Assembly (NCBI GenBank): GCA_003230015.1
Contig: QIGO01000199.1
Coordinates: 1-58,612, forward strand
Direction of reading: 5' to 3'
Source: Alphaproteobacteria bacterium
GTDB lineage: Bacteria > Pseudomonadota > Alphaproteobacteria > UBA6615
Length of the DNA stretch: 58,612 nt
How positions within the stretch are numbered: the first letter of the stretch is position 1; every line of letters starts with the position of its first letter. A program made the position numbers and the translations under genes. A model generated the notes under the pieces. The model was not told the DNA's origin, made no database searches, and saw nothing but the letters and a program-made list of their open reading frames with translations. Of the stretch, positions 38,404-47,200 are shown one piece after another.

Positions 38404-41400
38404 CTAGTTATCGAACGGCGGGTCGACGGGGAACTTGGTCGCCGGCTCGGCCGTTGCCGGGGTGCCGGTGCCAAATCCGCCAAGTATTTTGCGGGTGAAG
38501 CCGGGTGTCAGGATGGAGAGAGGGTTGACGGTCATGCGCGGGCTGTCGAGGGGGCCTTCGACCTTGTATGTCGCGGCGAAAATGCCGTCGCCGCCGCCGG
38601 TAAGAATGTCGCCAAGCACCGGCAACTTGCCGAGCAGGCTATTCAATGTGTAGGCCGGGGCGATTTCGCCGCGCAGATTGATGGTGGCGGCGGTACGGTC
38701 GATGCGGCCTTCGGCCAGAATGCCGAGCTCGGAGCCACGCATTTTTATTGCCGGGAGTTCGATATTGGTTTCGGTCAGCACAAAAGGTATTTCCAGCCGG
38801 CTGAAAGCAATGCCATCACCACTGAGGGTATCGCCAATGCCCCTGAGCGAGGCGAGGGTCAGCAGGCGACCGAGCAGGGGCGCCTTGGTCATCTGAAAAT
38901 CGGTCATCAGCACCTGCCCGATCAACGGCTCGCCGGCCTCGTCATCGCGCATCTCTCCCTCAATGGTAAGCCGGCCGCCGCGGATGGCGTCGGTCCAATC
39001 AAGCGCCGAGAGCAAGGCGCCGCCATCGGCGACGGCGAGGGTAAAACCGCGCCGCTGGGTGGCGTCGACGACAATCAGGGCGACGTCATCGGGCTCGACA
39101 AGGCCGCCACGGAGGTCAGCGCTGCGCAACCTGGTACCGTCGTGGACAATGCGGCCGGAAACATCCAGCAGGCGGGTGACTTCGCCGAGCCGGACTTCGG
39201 CGATGGGCGCGTCGGGATCGATGGCCAGCCGCACGGCCAGGCCAGCACGCGGCGGGGTCTCGGGCTCCCCTGCCCCGTCGTCATCGCCGTCAAGGTCGCC
39301 GTCGGAGTCGGCGAGATCCCGGACCTGTTGGCGCAAATCAAGGGTCTGCCCGCCAAGACGAATATCCAAGGCGCCATCGTCGGCCAAGACGACGGTGCCA
39401 AACAGCTCATTGCCGCCATAAGCAAGACGCGAGAGCCCAATCTCGCGCAGGCCGCCGCCCTGATCGGCCGCGGCGAAACGGATGGCACCCGTTGCAACCA
39501 ATTCGTCGCCGGTGATTTCGAACCGCGAAATGTCGGTGAGCGCACCGGCATCGACAGTGAAACTCAGTGCTCCCTGCGCCGCGCTGCCGCCTTCCTTGCG
39601 CAACCCGATGGCAGGAATGCTTATATCGGCGGCGGTCAGATCAAGGTCGGCGGCACCGATCGCGCGGCTGTCGGGGAAGATCGCGTAACTGATTCCAACG
39701 CCAATCGCGCCCGACAGGTTGGCGCTGAGATCGAGGCCCAAGCTCGCTATGGCGGCTTGATCGAAGATGCCGCTGACCTCGTAGCGGGTCCGGAAACCGC
39801 CGTCATCGACAAAACGTTCGGTCCAGCGGGCTTCGACCGGTACCTGGCCGAGACTGATATTGCCCCATGCAGAGAGCTGTCGCGTGTCGACCTCCAGGGA
39901 CAGGGTGCCGTTGTCCAAAGGCAGCCCAAACAAACCCTGGGCCTGGGAGAAGCCCGTAATACCGGCGGCGGCGGCAACACCGATGTCGTCAAGGGACAAA
40001 TTCCTGCGCAATGGGATGCGGAAGGTGGCGTTGGTGCGTTGCTCGCCGCCCATTTGCCGGGGATCGATGCCAAGGGCCGTGGCATAACCCAAGGGCTCCA
40101 TATCAAGCACGGTCAAGGCGTCCGAAACCGACCCGGTAATGGTTATATCGATATTGGCAACCTGTTCGGGGCCGGCCAGGTTGATCGCGATTACCCCCTC
40201 CTCGACCACCAGGTCGCGCAGACCGCCGGAATTCACCTTGATGACGAACTGAGAAGCGTCAAAGCGAATATCGCCATTGACATCGAGAACCGGGGCCATG
40301 GGCCGGAAATAGTGGACCGTCACGCCCGATGCATCCATGACACCGCCTAGCTCGCTGACCTGGATCGCGAGGGGGTCGTCGACCGGGGCGCTGGCGACCA
40401 GCGCCATGGTCGCGCGGTTAACCATGCCGGCCTCGAGATTGGCAGTAACCCAATTGCGGGCGCCGCGGCCGATGTCGCGGGGCCACAGAGTGTCCAGGGC
40501 GTCCACCGGAACGTCGCGGGCCTCGGCGTCGAGGGCGATCGTGAGGGTATCCTCGTTAGAACTCACCGAGCCACGCAGCGAGGCAACCGGCCCGCCAAGG
40601 TCGATCTCGGCGGCATCGATGCGCAGCGTCCTAAAGTCAGCCTCGATGCTGCCGCTGGCACTTGCTCTGGCGAGCGTCAGCGGCTCAGGATAAAATTCCG
40701 GCAAGTCGATGCTGCCGGCACCGGCAGCCAAGTCGTAGCGGAGATTTTGGAGCCGGAAGGTTTCATCGAGCCGTAAATCGAGAGACCCGGCCAACCGCAT
40801 GTCGAGCCGTTCGAGGAAATTCAGCCGCGGCTCGACCCGGGCAAGCAGCTTTGGCTCGAGATCATCGAAGACCAGTTGGGCGGCCAAACCCGGACGCAAG
40901 GCGGTACGCTGGGCGCGGGCGCGGAATCGTCCCGTGACCCCGCCCGCGGTCACCGTCAAACGGGCGTCGGCCCGGATGCCGACATCGTCGCGGGTAATGT
41001 CCAAATTGGCATCGGTTATGTCCCAAGCCAGATTACGGCTCTGGTCGCGGACGGCGAGTTGGCCGTTTACGACCCTGACACTGGTGAGATAACCCGCAGC
41101 ACTGCTGTCGTCGGGGGGTTGGAGGAGTTGGGTGAGAAGGCTTAAGGCCCGGCCCGGCGCGGCCGGTACGGGTTCATCGAGGCCGGAGACGACCGGTTCG
41201 TCCCGGCCCAAGGATATGCGAAGCCTGGGGCCCCTGATCTCAAGACCCTGGGGGGCTATCAGGCCGCGCAGCAGGGCGCGGCCGCTGAAGTTGATGGATA
41301 ATTCAGGTATCCGCGCCAGGGGCCGGCCATCCTGGTCGCGAAGTTCGACACCCAGAGCCTGGACATCGAGGGATTGCCGCTCACTGGACCAGGCGAGCAC

Positions 41401-41589
41401 CGTCTCGCGGAGTGTCAATTGAGCGCTGCTACCCTCAGGGTTGAGCGCTTGCTCGATATAGCCGTTAAGGAAACTGAGCCGAATCGGCCCCTGCGCGAGC
41501 TGCCAGACGACGGCAAGCCCAAACAAAACCGCGCCGATAGATAGCGCAGCAAAGATCTGTAACAACAGCCTGGACGATCGCAATATCAA
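38404..41589 (-). CDS. AsmA-family / YhdP-like (DUF3971-type) large envelope protein
   Basis: 1061 aa. N-terminal TM anchor (LLLQIFAALSIGAVLFGLAVVW) and a long beta-rich body. The C-terminus (FAATYKVEGPLDSPRMTVNPLSILTPGFTRKILGGF) resembles the AsmA/YhdP C-terminal region. TTG start. Confidence 0.7.
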   Translation of the reverse strand: MILRSSRLLLQIFAALSIGAVLFGLAVVWQLAQGPIRLSFLNGYIEQALNPEGSSAQLTLRETVLAWSSERQSLDVQALGVELRDQDGRPLARIPELSINFSGRALLRGLIAPQGLEIRGPRLRISLGRDEPVVSGLDEPVPAAPGRALSLLTQLLQPPDDSSAAGYLTSVRVVNGQLAVRDQSRNLAWDITDANLDITRDDVGIRADARLTVTAGGVTGRFRARAQRTALRPGLAAQLVFDDLEPKLLARVEPRLNFLERLDMRLAGSLDLRLDETFRLQNLRYDLAAGAGSIDLPEFYPEPLTLARASASGSIEADFRTLRIDAAEIDLGGPVASLRGSVSSNEDTLTIALDAEARDVPVDALDTLWPRDIGRGARNWVTANLEAGMVNRATMALVASAPVDDPLAIQVSELGGVMDASGVTVHYFRPMAPVLDVNGDIRFDASQFVIKVNSGGLRDLVVEEGVIAINLAGPEQVANIDITITGSVSDALTVLDMEPLGYATALGIDPRQMGGEQRTNATFRIPLRRNLSLDDIGVAAAAGITGFSQAQGLFGLPLDNGTLSLEVDTRQLSAWGNISLGQVPVEARWTERFVDDGGFRTRYEVSGIFDQAAIASLGLDLSANLSGAIGVGISYAIFPDSRAIGAADLDLTAADISIPAIGLRKEGGSAAQGALSFTVDAGALTDISRFEITGDELVATGAIRFAAADQGGGLREIGLSRLAYGGNELFGTVVLADDGALDIRLGGQTLDLRQQVRDLADSDGDLDGDDDGAGEPETPPRAGLAVRLAIDPDAPIAEVRLGEVTRLLDVSGRIVHDGTRLRSADLRGGLVEPDDVALIVVDATQRRGFTLAVADGGALLSALDWTDAIRGGRLTIEGEMRDDEAGEPLIGQVLMTDFQMTKAPLLGRLLTLASLRGIGDTLSGDGIAFSRLEIPFVLTETNIELPAIKMRGSELGILAEGRIDRTAATINLRGEIAPAYTLNSLLGKLPVLGDILTGGGDGIFAATYKVEGPLDSPRMTVNPLSILTPGFTRKILGGFGTGTPATAEPATKFPVDPPFDN

Positions 41590-41687
41590 GAGGTTACGCC
41601 CTTTTCATGCATCGTTGGGGGACGGGAACCCGCCTTGACCCCGGTGCTTGCCATACCGCACTGTGCGGGAAATTCATATGGCTTGTT

Positions 41688-44666
41688 ATGCACCTACTCC
41701 GCGCCTTGGACCCGAGCCGATTGCCTCTCGCCGCCAATGCCGAACGCGCCGCTCTGGGACGGGCGCGGTGGCTAGAGGCGGCAGCGGCCTGCGGCGACCC
41801 GGATCTGGCGCGATTCGCCAGCGATCTTAACAAGGATGCCGCCGGGGCGCGATTGCTCGACGCGGTGTTCGGCAACAGCCCATTCCTCACCCAATGCCTG
41901 GTGCAAGATATAGGTAGTCTTCGGGCAATTCTTAGCCAGGGCTTCGAGGGCGGCTTTTGCGAGGCGCTGGACAGGGTGGAAGGTCTGGATCCCGCGGCCG
42001 GCAGCCTCGACTCGCTGATGAGAGAGCTGCGCCGGGCCCGGTCACGGGTCGCATTGAGCGTGGCACTGGCCGATATCAGCGGTGTTTGGGGCCTCGAGGA
42101 CGTGACACGGCGGCTGAGCCGATTCGCCGATAGCGTGCTGCGCGCCGCCGGCGGCTTTCTGCTGCGCCAGGCGCACGAGAAAGGGGCGCTGCGGCTACCC
42201 TATCCCGAAGACCCGAATCTGGGGTCCGGGCTGATCATTCTGGCCATGGGCAAGCTGGGGGCCAATGAGCTCAATTACTCAAGCGATATCGACCTGATCA
42301 TTCTCTATGACAGGGAAAAAATAGAAACGGCACGGCCGGACGCGTTGCAGCAGCTCTTCGTGCGGCTGGCGCGGGGGCTGGTCAAAGCCTTGGACGAGCG
42401 CACGGCGGATGGTTATGTCTTCCGCACCGATTTGCGGCTGCGCCCCGACCCGGGGGCAACACCACTGGCCATATCGGTGCAGGCGGCGGAAACCTATTAC
42501 GAGAGCATCGGGCAGAATTGGGAACGCGCGGCGATGATCAAGGCGCGGCCGGCCGCCGGCGATTTGGCATCCGGACATGAATTCGTCGAAGCCTTGCGGC
42601 CGTTTGTTTGGCGCCGCTCACTAGGTTTTGCTTCGATCCGGGATATTCACTCGATCAAACGCCAGATCCACGCCCACAAAGGCGGCAGCACGGTGGCGCT
42701 GGAAGGCCACAATATAAAACTCGGCCGCGGCGGCATCCGGGAGATCGAGTTCTTCGTGCAAACCCAACAGCTGATCTGGGGCGGGCGAAATCCTGCCTTG
42801 CGCACCGCGGGGACGCTGGATTCCCTGCGGGGGCTGGCAGCGAACGGCCGGATCAGCGCGGTCGTGGCCAAACAAATGGCGGATGCCTACCGGGAATTGC
42901 GACGGATCGAGCATCGCCTGCAGATGATCAATGATGAACAAACGCAAACGCTGCCGTCGGCGCGCGACGACATTGCGCGGCTGGCGACATTCCTGGGTTA
43001 TGAGAGTGAAGACGATTTCGCGGCGACGCTGCTCAATCACCTGCGTATCGTGGAGCATCATTATGCCGAGCTGTTCGAGGAGGCGCCGACCCTGGGCAGC
43101 AGCGGCAGTTTGGTTTTTACCGGCAGCGAACACGACCCGGACACCCTGAAAACCCTCGCCGCGATGGACTTCGCAGATGTCGAGGCGGTGTCGACCATCG
43201 TGCGCGGCTGGCAGCATGGGCGCTTCCGGGCGACGCGGAGCACACGCTCGCGGCAATTGCTGACGGAACTCATGCCAGGGCTGTTAAGCGCCCTGGCCGG
43301 CACAGCCAATCCGGATCAGGCGCTGCACCGGTTCGACGGGTTTCTGGGGGGGCTGCCGGCCGGGGTGCAGCTGTTCTCGCTGTTTCAATCAAACCCCTCA
43401 TTGCTCAAGCTGGTGGCAGAAATCATGGGCGGTTCGCCGGCCCTGGCGACCTGGCTTAGCCGCAATCCGCTGCTGCTCGACGGCGTCCTGGATGAGAGTT
43501 TCTTCCGTCCCTTGCACGACAAAGCAGCGATGCTGGCCGAGCTGGAAGACCGGCTGGTACAGGCGCGGGACATGCAGGATGTGCTGGACCTATCGCGGCG
43601 CTGGGCCAATGACGCGAAATTCCAAGTGGGCGTGCAGATATTGCAGCAGATCGCCAATATCGACCAGGCCGGGCAAGCCTTGTCGGACATCGCCGACAGC
43701 GTGGTGGCGGCGTTGCTGCCGCGCATCGCCAATGAATTCGCCGAGCGTCACGGGCGATGCCCCGGCCTCGGCCTGGCAGTGCTGGCATTTGGCAAACTGG
43801 GCAGCCAGGAATTGACGGCGACATCGGATATCGACCTGGTGTTTATCTACGACCTGCCGGACGCCAATGCGGTATCGGACGGCGACAAAGCGCTGCCCGC
43901 GCAGGTCTATTTCCAACGTTTGGGGCAACGGCTGATCACCGCGCTGACGGCGCTGACCGGCGAGGGTAAATTGTATGATGTGGATATGCGGCTGCGGCCA
44001 TCGGGCCATAAGGGACCACTGGCGGTAAGCTTGAAAGGGTTCGAGCAGTACCAACAGGACTCCGCCTGGACCTGGGAGCATCAGGCGTTGACACGGGCGC
44101 GGGTCGTCCATGGCGCCCCGGCGCTGGTGGGGCGCATTGAGTTGTTGATGAAGAAGGTGCTGTGCCGGCAAAGGGACGAGGACGCGCTGGTGGTGGCGGT
44201 GGACAATATGCGCGCGCGCATTGCCCGCGAACATAAGGGCATGACTCTGTGGGATATCAAACATTATCGCGGCGGCATGATCGATTGCGAATTCATCGCG
44301 CAATATCTGTTGTTGCGCCACGCCCACGAGCATCCAGGCTTATTGAAGGGGGATGCGGCGAGCATCTATGCCGCGCTGCTGAAAGAGGAATTGCTGCCGC
44401 GCGACGTGGCGGAAGAGTTAATCGAGGCCACCGATCTGTGGCGGCGATTGCAGGGCGTCATCCGCCTGGAAGCGGCGGACAATGCCGATGGCGACGGCTG
44501 GCCGCCGGCGGTCAAGGCAGCGCTGGCCCGGGCCGGGGGTGCGGCCGACTTCGAGGCGCTCGTAAACAAGGCGGAAGCGGTCGCACAGCGCACATACGGG
44601 CATTACAAATCGCTTGTTGGCGAAATAGCCGATGGTGTCCGCAGGAGTGGCCTGGATACAAAGTGA
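41688..44666 (+). CDS. glnE: Bifunctional glutamine synthetase adenylyltransferase/adenylyl-removing enzyme
   Basis: Two nucleotidyltransferase modules (GKLGANELNYSSDIDLIILYD and GKLGSQELTATSDIDLVFIYD). About 990 aa from ATG 41688. The upstream 27 codons are rejected. Confidence 0.92.
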   Translation: MHLLRALDPSRLPLAANAERAALGRARWLEAAAACGDPDLARFASDLNKDAAGARLLDAVFGNSPFLTQCLVQDIGSLRAILSQGFEGGFCEALDRVEGLDPAAGSLDSLMRELRRARSRVALSVALADISGVWGLEDVTRRLSRFADSVLRAAGGFLLRQAHEKGALRLPYPEDPNLGSGLIILAMGKLGANELNYSSDIDLIILYDREKIETARPDALQQLFVRLARGLVKALDERTADGYVFRTDLRLRPDPGATPLAISVQAAETYYESIGQNWERAAMIKARPAAGDLASGHEFVEALRPFVWRRSLGFASIRDIHSIKRQIHAHKGGSTVALEGHNIKLGRGGIREIEFFVQTQQLIWGGRNPALRTAGTLDSLRGLAANGRISAVVAKQMADAYRELRRIEHRLQMINDEQTQTLPSARDDIARLATFLGYESEDDFAATLLNHLRIVEHHYAELFEEAPTLGSSGSLVFTGSEHDPDTLKTLAAMDFADVEAVSTIVRGWQHGRFRATRSTRSRQLLTELMPGLLSALAGTANPDQALHRFDGFLGGLPAGVQLFSLFQSNPSLLKLVAEIMGGSPALATWLSRNPLLLDGVLDESFFRPLHDKAAMLAELEDRLVQARDMQDVLDLSRRWANDAKFQVGVQILQQIANIDQAGQALSDIADSVVAALLPRIANEFAERHGRCPGLGLAVLAFGKLGSQELTATSDIDLVFIYDLPDANAVSDGDKALPAQVYFQRLGQRLITALTALTGEGKLYDVDMRLRPSGHKGPLAVSLKGFEQYQQDSAWTWEHQALTRARVVHGAPALVGRIELLMKKVLCRQRDEDALVVAVDNMRARIAREHKGMTLWDIKHYRGGMIDCEFIAQYLLLRHAHEHPGLLKGDAASIYAALLKEELLPRDVAEELIEATDLWRRLQGVIRLEAADNADGDGWPPAVKAALARAGGAADFEALVNKAEAVAQRTYGHYKSLVGEIADGVRRSGLDTK

Positions 44667-44765
44667 CACGGCCGCTCAGCCCTGCCCTTGGTTGACATTG
44701 CCGGCGGGACCACGAAATCTACGGACAGCTAAAATTCGCCGACAGCAAGAAAAGGAGCCAGAGAG

Positions 44766-45230
44766 ATGAGCCTGTCGGAAGGCGATAAGGCACCTGACTT
44801 CGATGTGCCGGCGGATGGCGGGGGGCGGGTCAGCCTGGCGGCGCATGCGGGCAAAATTGTGGTGCTGTATTTCTACCCCAAGGACGATACGCCGGGATGC
44901 ACCAAGGAAGCCTGCGGATTTCGCAACTGTATCGGGGACTTTAAGGCCGCCGGAGCCGAGGTTATCGGCGTCTCCAAGGACAGCGTGAAAAAACACGACA
45001 AGTTCAAGGCTAAATACGAACTGCCTTTTACGCTGGCCAGCGACGAGGATGGGGCGGTGTGCGATGCCTACGGCACCTGGGTCGAGAAGAGCATGTATGG
45101 CCGCCATTACATGGGTATCGAGCGGGCGACCTTCGTTATCGACGGAGAGGGTGCCGTGCGCAAGATCTGGCGCAAAGTCAAAGTGCCCGGCCATGTGGAA
45201 GCGGTCCTGGACGTGGTGCGCGATCTCTGA
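44766..45230 (+). CDS. bcp: Peroxiredoxin, BCP/PrxQ type
   Basis: AGGAG RBS. Active site FYPKDDTPGCTKEAC. 154 aa. Confidence 0.9.
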   Translation: MSLSEGDKAPDFDVPADGGGRVSLAAHAGKIVVLYFYPKDDTPGCTKEACGFRNCIGDFKAAGAEVIGVSKDSVKKHDKFKAKYELPFTLASDEDGAVCDAYGTWVEKSMYGRHYMGIERATFVIDGEGAVRKIWRKVKVPGHVEAVLDVVRDL

Positions 45231-45256
45231 GCGGCCTGACCCTATCAGAGCTGGCG

Positions 45257-46036
45257 GTGGCCGCGCTCAGCGCCAGCGATCCCGGCGACAAGGTTGCGAT
45301 AACGGCGCAAGCGGCGGCGGCGTGGCAGGCCGGGGGTTTGCGCGATATTGGCGATACGCGGCCGCCGGAGCGGCCCGGGCGGCCGGCCAAACCGGTGCTG
45401 CTGGCGCCCTCGCAGATGCCCAAACGCAAAGCGAGTACGCCGCGTGGGCGCATTACCTTGTTGCACGCGATCGCGCATATTGAGCTTAACGCCATGGATC
45501 TGGCTTGGGATTTGCTGGCGCGGTTCGCCGGACCGCATCTGCCGCGCGACTTTATTGCCAGCTGGATCACTGTCGCCAGCGACGAGGCGCGGCATTTCTC
45601 CATGCTTGCAGCGCGCCTGCGAGAGTTGGGGGCGGGTTATGGCGACTTCCCGGCCCATGACGGCCTGTGGCAGGCGGCGATGGCGACGTCCCATGATCTG
45701 CTGGCGCGCCTGGCGGTGGTACCACTGGTGCTGGAGGCGCGGGGCCTGGACGTGACGCCGACGATGATCGCCAAACTGCGGCGCGCCGGCGATGACGTTT
45801 CGGCGGATATTCTGGAGGTCATCTATGACGAGGAAATCGGCCATGTGGCGGCGGGGCGCCGGTGGTTCGATTTTACCTGTGCCGCGCGGGGTTTGGAACC
45901 GGCGGCGACCTGGCAGCGTGTGGTGGCGGACCTGCATCCGGGGGGGCTGAAGCCGCCCTTCAATGTCGAGGGCCGAACGAAAGCCGGCTTTCCACAGCGC
46001 TACTATGATCCGGCGGGCGCTGATTCGTCCGCCTGA
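45257..46036 (+). CDS. Ferritin-like DUF455 family protein (start uncertain)
   Basis: Conserved [18 protein letters not shown] and EEIGHV di-iron-type motifs. There is no ATG after the bcp stop. The candidates are GTG 45257 or CTG 45236. The track's GTG 45059 would overlap bcp by 172 nt. Confidence 0.65.
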   Translation: MAALSASDPGDKVAITAQAAAAWQAGGLRDIGDTRPPERPGRPAKPVLLAPSQMPKRKASTPRGRITLLHAIAHIELNAMDLAWDLLARFAGPHLPRDFIASWITVASDEARHFSMLAARLRELGAGYGDFPAHDGLWQAAMATSHDLLARLAVVPLVLEARGLDVTPTMIAKLRRAGDDVSADILEVIYDEEIGHVAAGRRWFDFTCAARGLEPAATWQRVVADLHPGGLKPPFNVEGRTKAGFPQRYYDPAGADSSA

Positions 46037-47143
46037 TCGGCACTGCCCTTGAGGCGAGCGGCAAGAGAGGCTTCGATGAAGCGGTCAATATCGCCATCCA
46101 GAACCGCCTGGGCGTTGCCGGTCTCGGCCCCGGTGCGCAGGTCCTTGACCATCTGATAGGGGTGGAGAACGTATGAGCGGATCTGGTGGCCCCAACCGAT
46201 GTCGGTCTTGGCATCGGCTTCGGCCTGGGCGGACTCTTCGCGCTTCTTGAGTTCGGCCTCGTAGAGCCGGGCGCGCAGCATATCCATGGCGGCGGCCCGG
46301 TTGCGGTGCTGGGAGCGGTCATTCTGGCACTGCACGACTATGCCGCTGGGCAGATGCGTCATGCGGACCGCGCTGTCGGTCTTGTTGACATGCTGGCCGC
46401 CGGCGCCCGACGCGCGGTAGGTGTCGACGCGCAAATCCTTGTCCTGAATTTCGATCTCTATGGTGTCGTCGATGACCGGATAAACCCAGGCACTGGCAAA
46501 GCTGGTATGGCGGCGGGCCTGGGAATCGAACGGTGAAATGCGAACCAGGCGATGGACGCCGGACTCGGTCTTGAGCCAGCCATAGGCATCGGGGCCGGAA
46601 ATCTTCAGGGTCGCCGATTTGATGCCGGCTTCCTCGCCCGCGCTTTCCTCCAGCCATTGCAACTTGTAGCCATGAGCCTCAGCCCAGCGGGCGTACATGC
46701 GGACCAGCATTTCGGCCCAATCCTGGGACTCGGTGCCGCCGGCGCCGGCGTGGATTTCGAGATAACAGTCGTTGGCGTCGGCCTCGCCGGAGAGCAGGCT
46801 GGCGAGTTCGAGCTTTTCGGTGCGCGTCTTCAGTGCCGCGATAGCGGCTTCGGCTTCGGCGACGATTTCGGCGTCGCCCTCGGCCTCGCCAAGCTCAATG
46901 AGTTCCCGATTGTCGGCCAGCTCTTGCGACAGGGCCTGGGTATCCTCGAGGGAGCGGGCGAGCTGGGTGCGCTCACGCAAGACCCGCTGGGCCCGATCCT
47001 GATCCTGCCAAAGCTCAGGATCCTCGGCTAACGCGTTGAGTTCGTCGAGGCGGCGGTGGGCGTTGTCCCAGTCAAAGGTGCCTCCGAATAAGGGCCAATG
47101 ACTGATTTATCGCAGCGACGAGCTGTGCGGTTTCGGCGCGCAT
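46003..47143 (-). CDS. prfB: Peptide chain release factor 2 (requires programmed +1 frameshift)
   Basis: ORF0 runs from ATG 47141-47143: [23 protein letters not shown], then in-frame TGA. After a +1 shift it continues [37 protein letters not shown]..., joining the listed ORF 46003..46980. SPF and GGQ motifs are present. Confidence 0.92.
47071..47085 (-). promoter_or_regulatory. prfB +1 frameshift site (SD-like GGAGG, CTT TGA C)
   Basis: The minus strand reads GGAGG CAC CTT TGA C. GGAGG is at 47085-47081, CTT at 47077-47075 and TGA at 47074-47072. The 3-nt spacing is the same as in the E. coli site. Confidence 0.85.
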
Positions 47144-47200
47144 GTTGGAGAACCTCTTGTCTGGACGACGATCGATGGCGTCTTCAGCAGTCCCTCTAGG

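Noticed and set aside
38401-40350. 649-aa plus-strand ORF, the second-longest plus-strand ORF in the track
   Set aside because: It lies entirely antisense to the AsmA/YhdP-like gene. It is Gly/Ala/Arg/Asp-rich with no motifs, TM segments or RBS. Such mirror ORFs are expected opposite real genes in high-GC DNA.
45059-45256. N-terminal 66 codons of the listed 325-aa DUF455 ORF
   Set aside because: They would overlap bcp by 172 nt in another frame and are Arg/Gly-rich and non-homologous. The conserved sequence begins only after the bcp stop.
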